Assembly: GCA_028534125.1 (NCBI GenBank)
Contig: CM052817.1
Coordinates: forward strand, 7,132,001 to 7,196,000
DNA length: 64,000 nt
Reading direction: 5' to 3'
From: Lama glama
Lineage: Eukaryota
The notes below the pieces were generated by a model. The model made no database searches. It was not told where the DNA came from and was given only the letters and a program-made list of their open reading frames with translations. Position 1 is the first letter of the stretch. The number at the start of each line of letters is the position of its first letter. Below are positions 63,197-64,000 of this stretch, piece after piece. Both the position numbers and the translations under genes were made by a program.

Positions 63197-64000
63197 AAAA
63201 AACTGTAAGCTAAACAGCAAAGGAAGCAATCAATCAAATGAAAAGGTGACCCACAGAATGGGAGAAAATACTCACAAAAAGTATTTCTGATGAGGGGTTT
63301 ATATCCAAGATATATAAGAAACTTCTACAACTTAATAGCAAAAATACAAATAATTTAATTAAAATGGGCAAAGAACTTCAATAGCATTTCTCCAAAGAAA
63401 ACATACAAATGGCCAATAGGTATATGAAAAGGTGCTCAGTATCACTAATGATCAGGGAAATGCAAATCAAAAGCACAATGAGATGTCACTTCATGCCTGT
63501 TAGGATGTCTGTTATCAAAAGAACAAGACACAGCAAGTGCCACTGAGGAGAAAGTAGGATGAACACTACGCTGTGGGTGGGAATGTAAAATAGTGCAGCC
63601 ACTGTGGGAAATGATACGAAGATCCCTTTGAAAATTGAAAATAAAACTACCATATGATCTAGCAATCTCACTTTTAAGTATATAGTCAAAAGAATTGAAC
63701 TCAGGATCCGAAAGAACTATCTGCAGTCCCAGCTTTATTGAAACATTTTTTATAATAACCAACATATAGAAAGAATCCAAAAGACCATCAACAGATAAAT
63801 AAAGATATATATATATACATGTATATATATATATATATCATGGAATATTATTCAGCCTTTAAAAAAGAAGGAAGTTCTACCATTTGCATTTGTGAATTTG
63901 AAGACATCATGCTAAGTGAAGCAAGCCATCCACAGGAGGATAAATACCACATAGCTCCACTGGTGTGAGATATCTAAAATAGTCCGACTTATAGAAGTTT
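63197..64000 (+). mobile_element. L1 (L1MA-like) ORF2 C-terminus and 3' UTR, 5'-truncated, running off the window
   Basis: acagcaaaggaagcaatcaatcaaatgaaaagg...cagaatgggagaaaata...cagggaaatgcaaatcaaaagcacaatgagat...aactaccatatgatctagcaatctcactt. Frameshifted. Confidence 0.92.

Noticed and set aside
604..63780. The many 60-150 aa ORFs in the supplied track
   Set aside because: They are short, overlap on both strands, often lie in repeats or microsatellites and show no recognisable domains; only the two Tigger1 remnants have homology I recognise.
1..64000. A novel prokaryotic-style system (operon, CRISPR, defence island, phage)
   Set aside because: The window is mammalian repeat-rich non-coding DNA with no long ORFs, no gene clusters and no regularly spaced repeat-spacer array.

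Overview
This window is mammalian, not prokaryotic: AT-rich, CpG-depleted non-coding DNA, probably camelid, judging from a Vic-1-type tRNA-derived SINE at ~48.85 kb. I found no recognisable host protein-coding exon, RNA gene or CRISPR array, and I could not identify the locus. Much of it is decayed interspersed repeat: L1, L2, MIR, MaLR/ERVL/ERV1 LTRs, hAT elements and one full-length fossil Tigger1, with three N-gaps. The only supplied ORFs with recognisable protein homology are Tigger1 transposase remnants. I see no evidence of a new biological system. The best unexplained structures are two local inverted duplications: a 93-bp inverted copy inside Tigger1 flanked by a direct duplication, and a ~230-bp inverted copy of an old L1 segment. 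There is also a clear twin-priming 5'-inverted L1, two independent same-family solo LTRs 2.4 kb apart, and a false duplication across a 100-N gap. Repeat family names come from my recollection of consensus sequences, not from a database search, and boundaries are approximate unless TSDs or termini are quoted.
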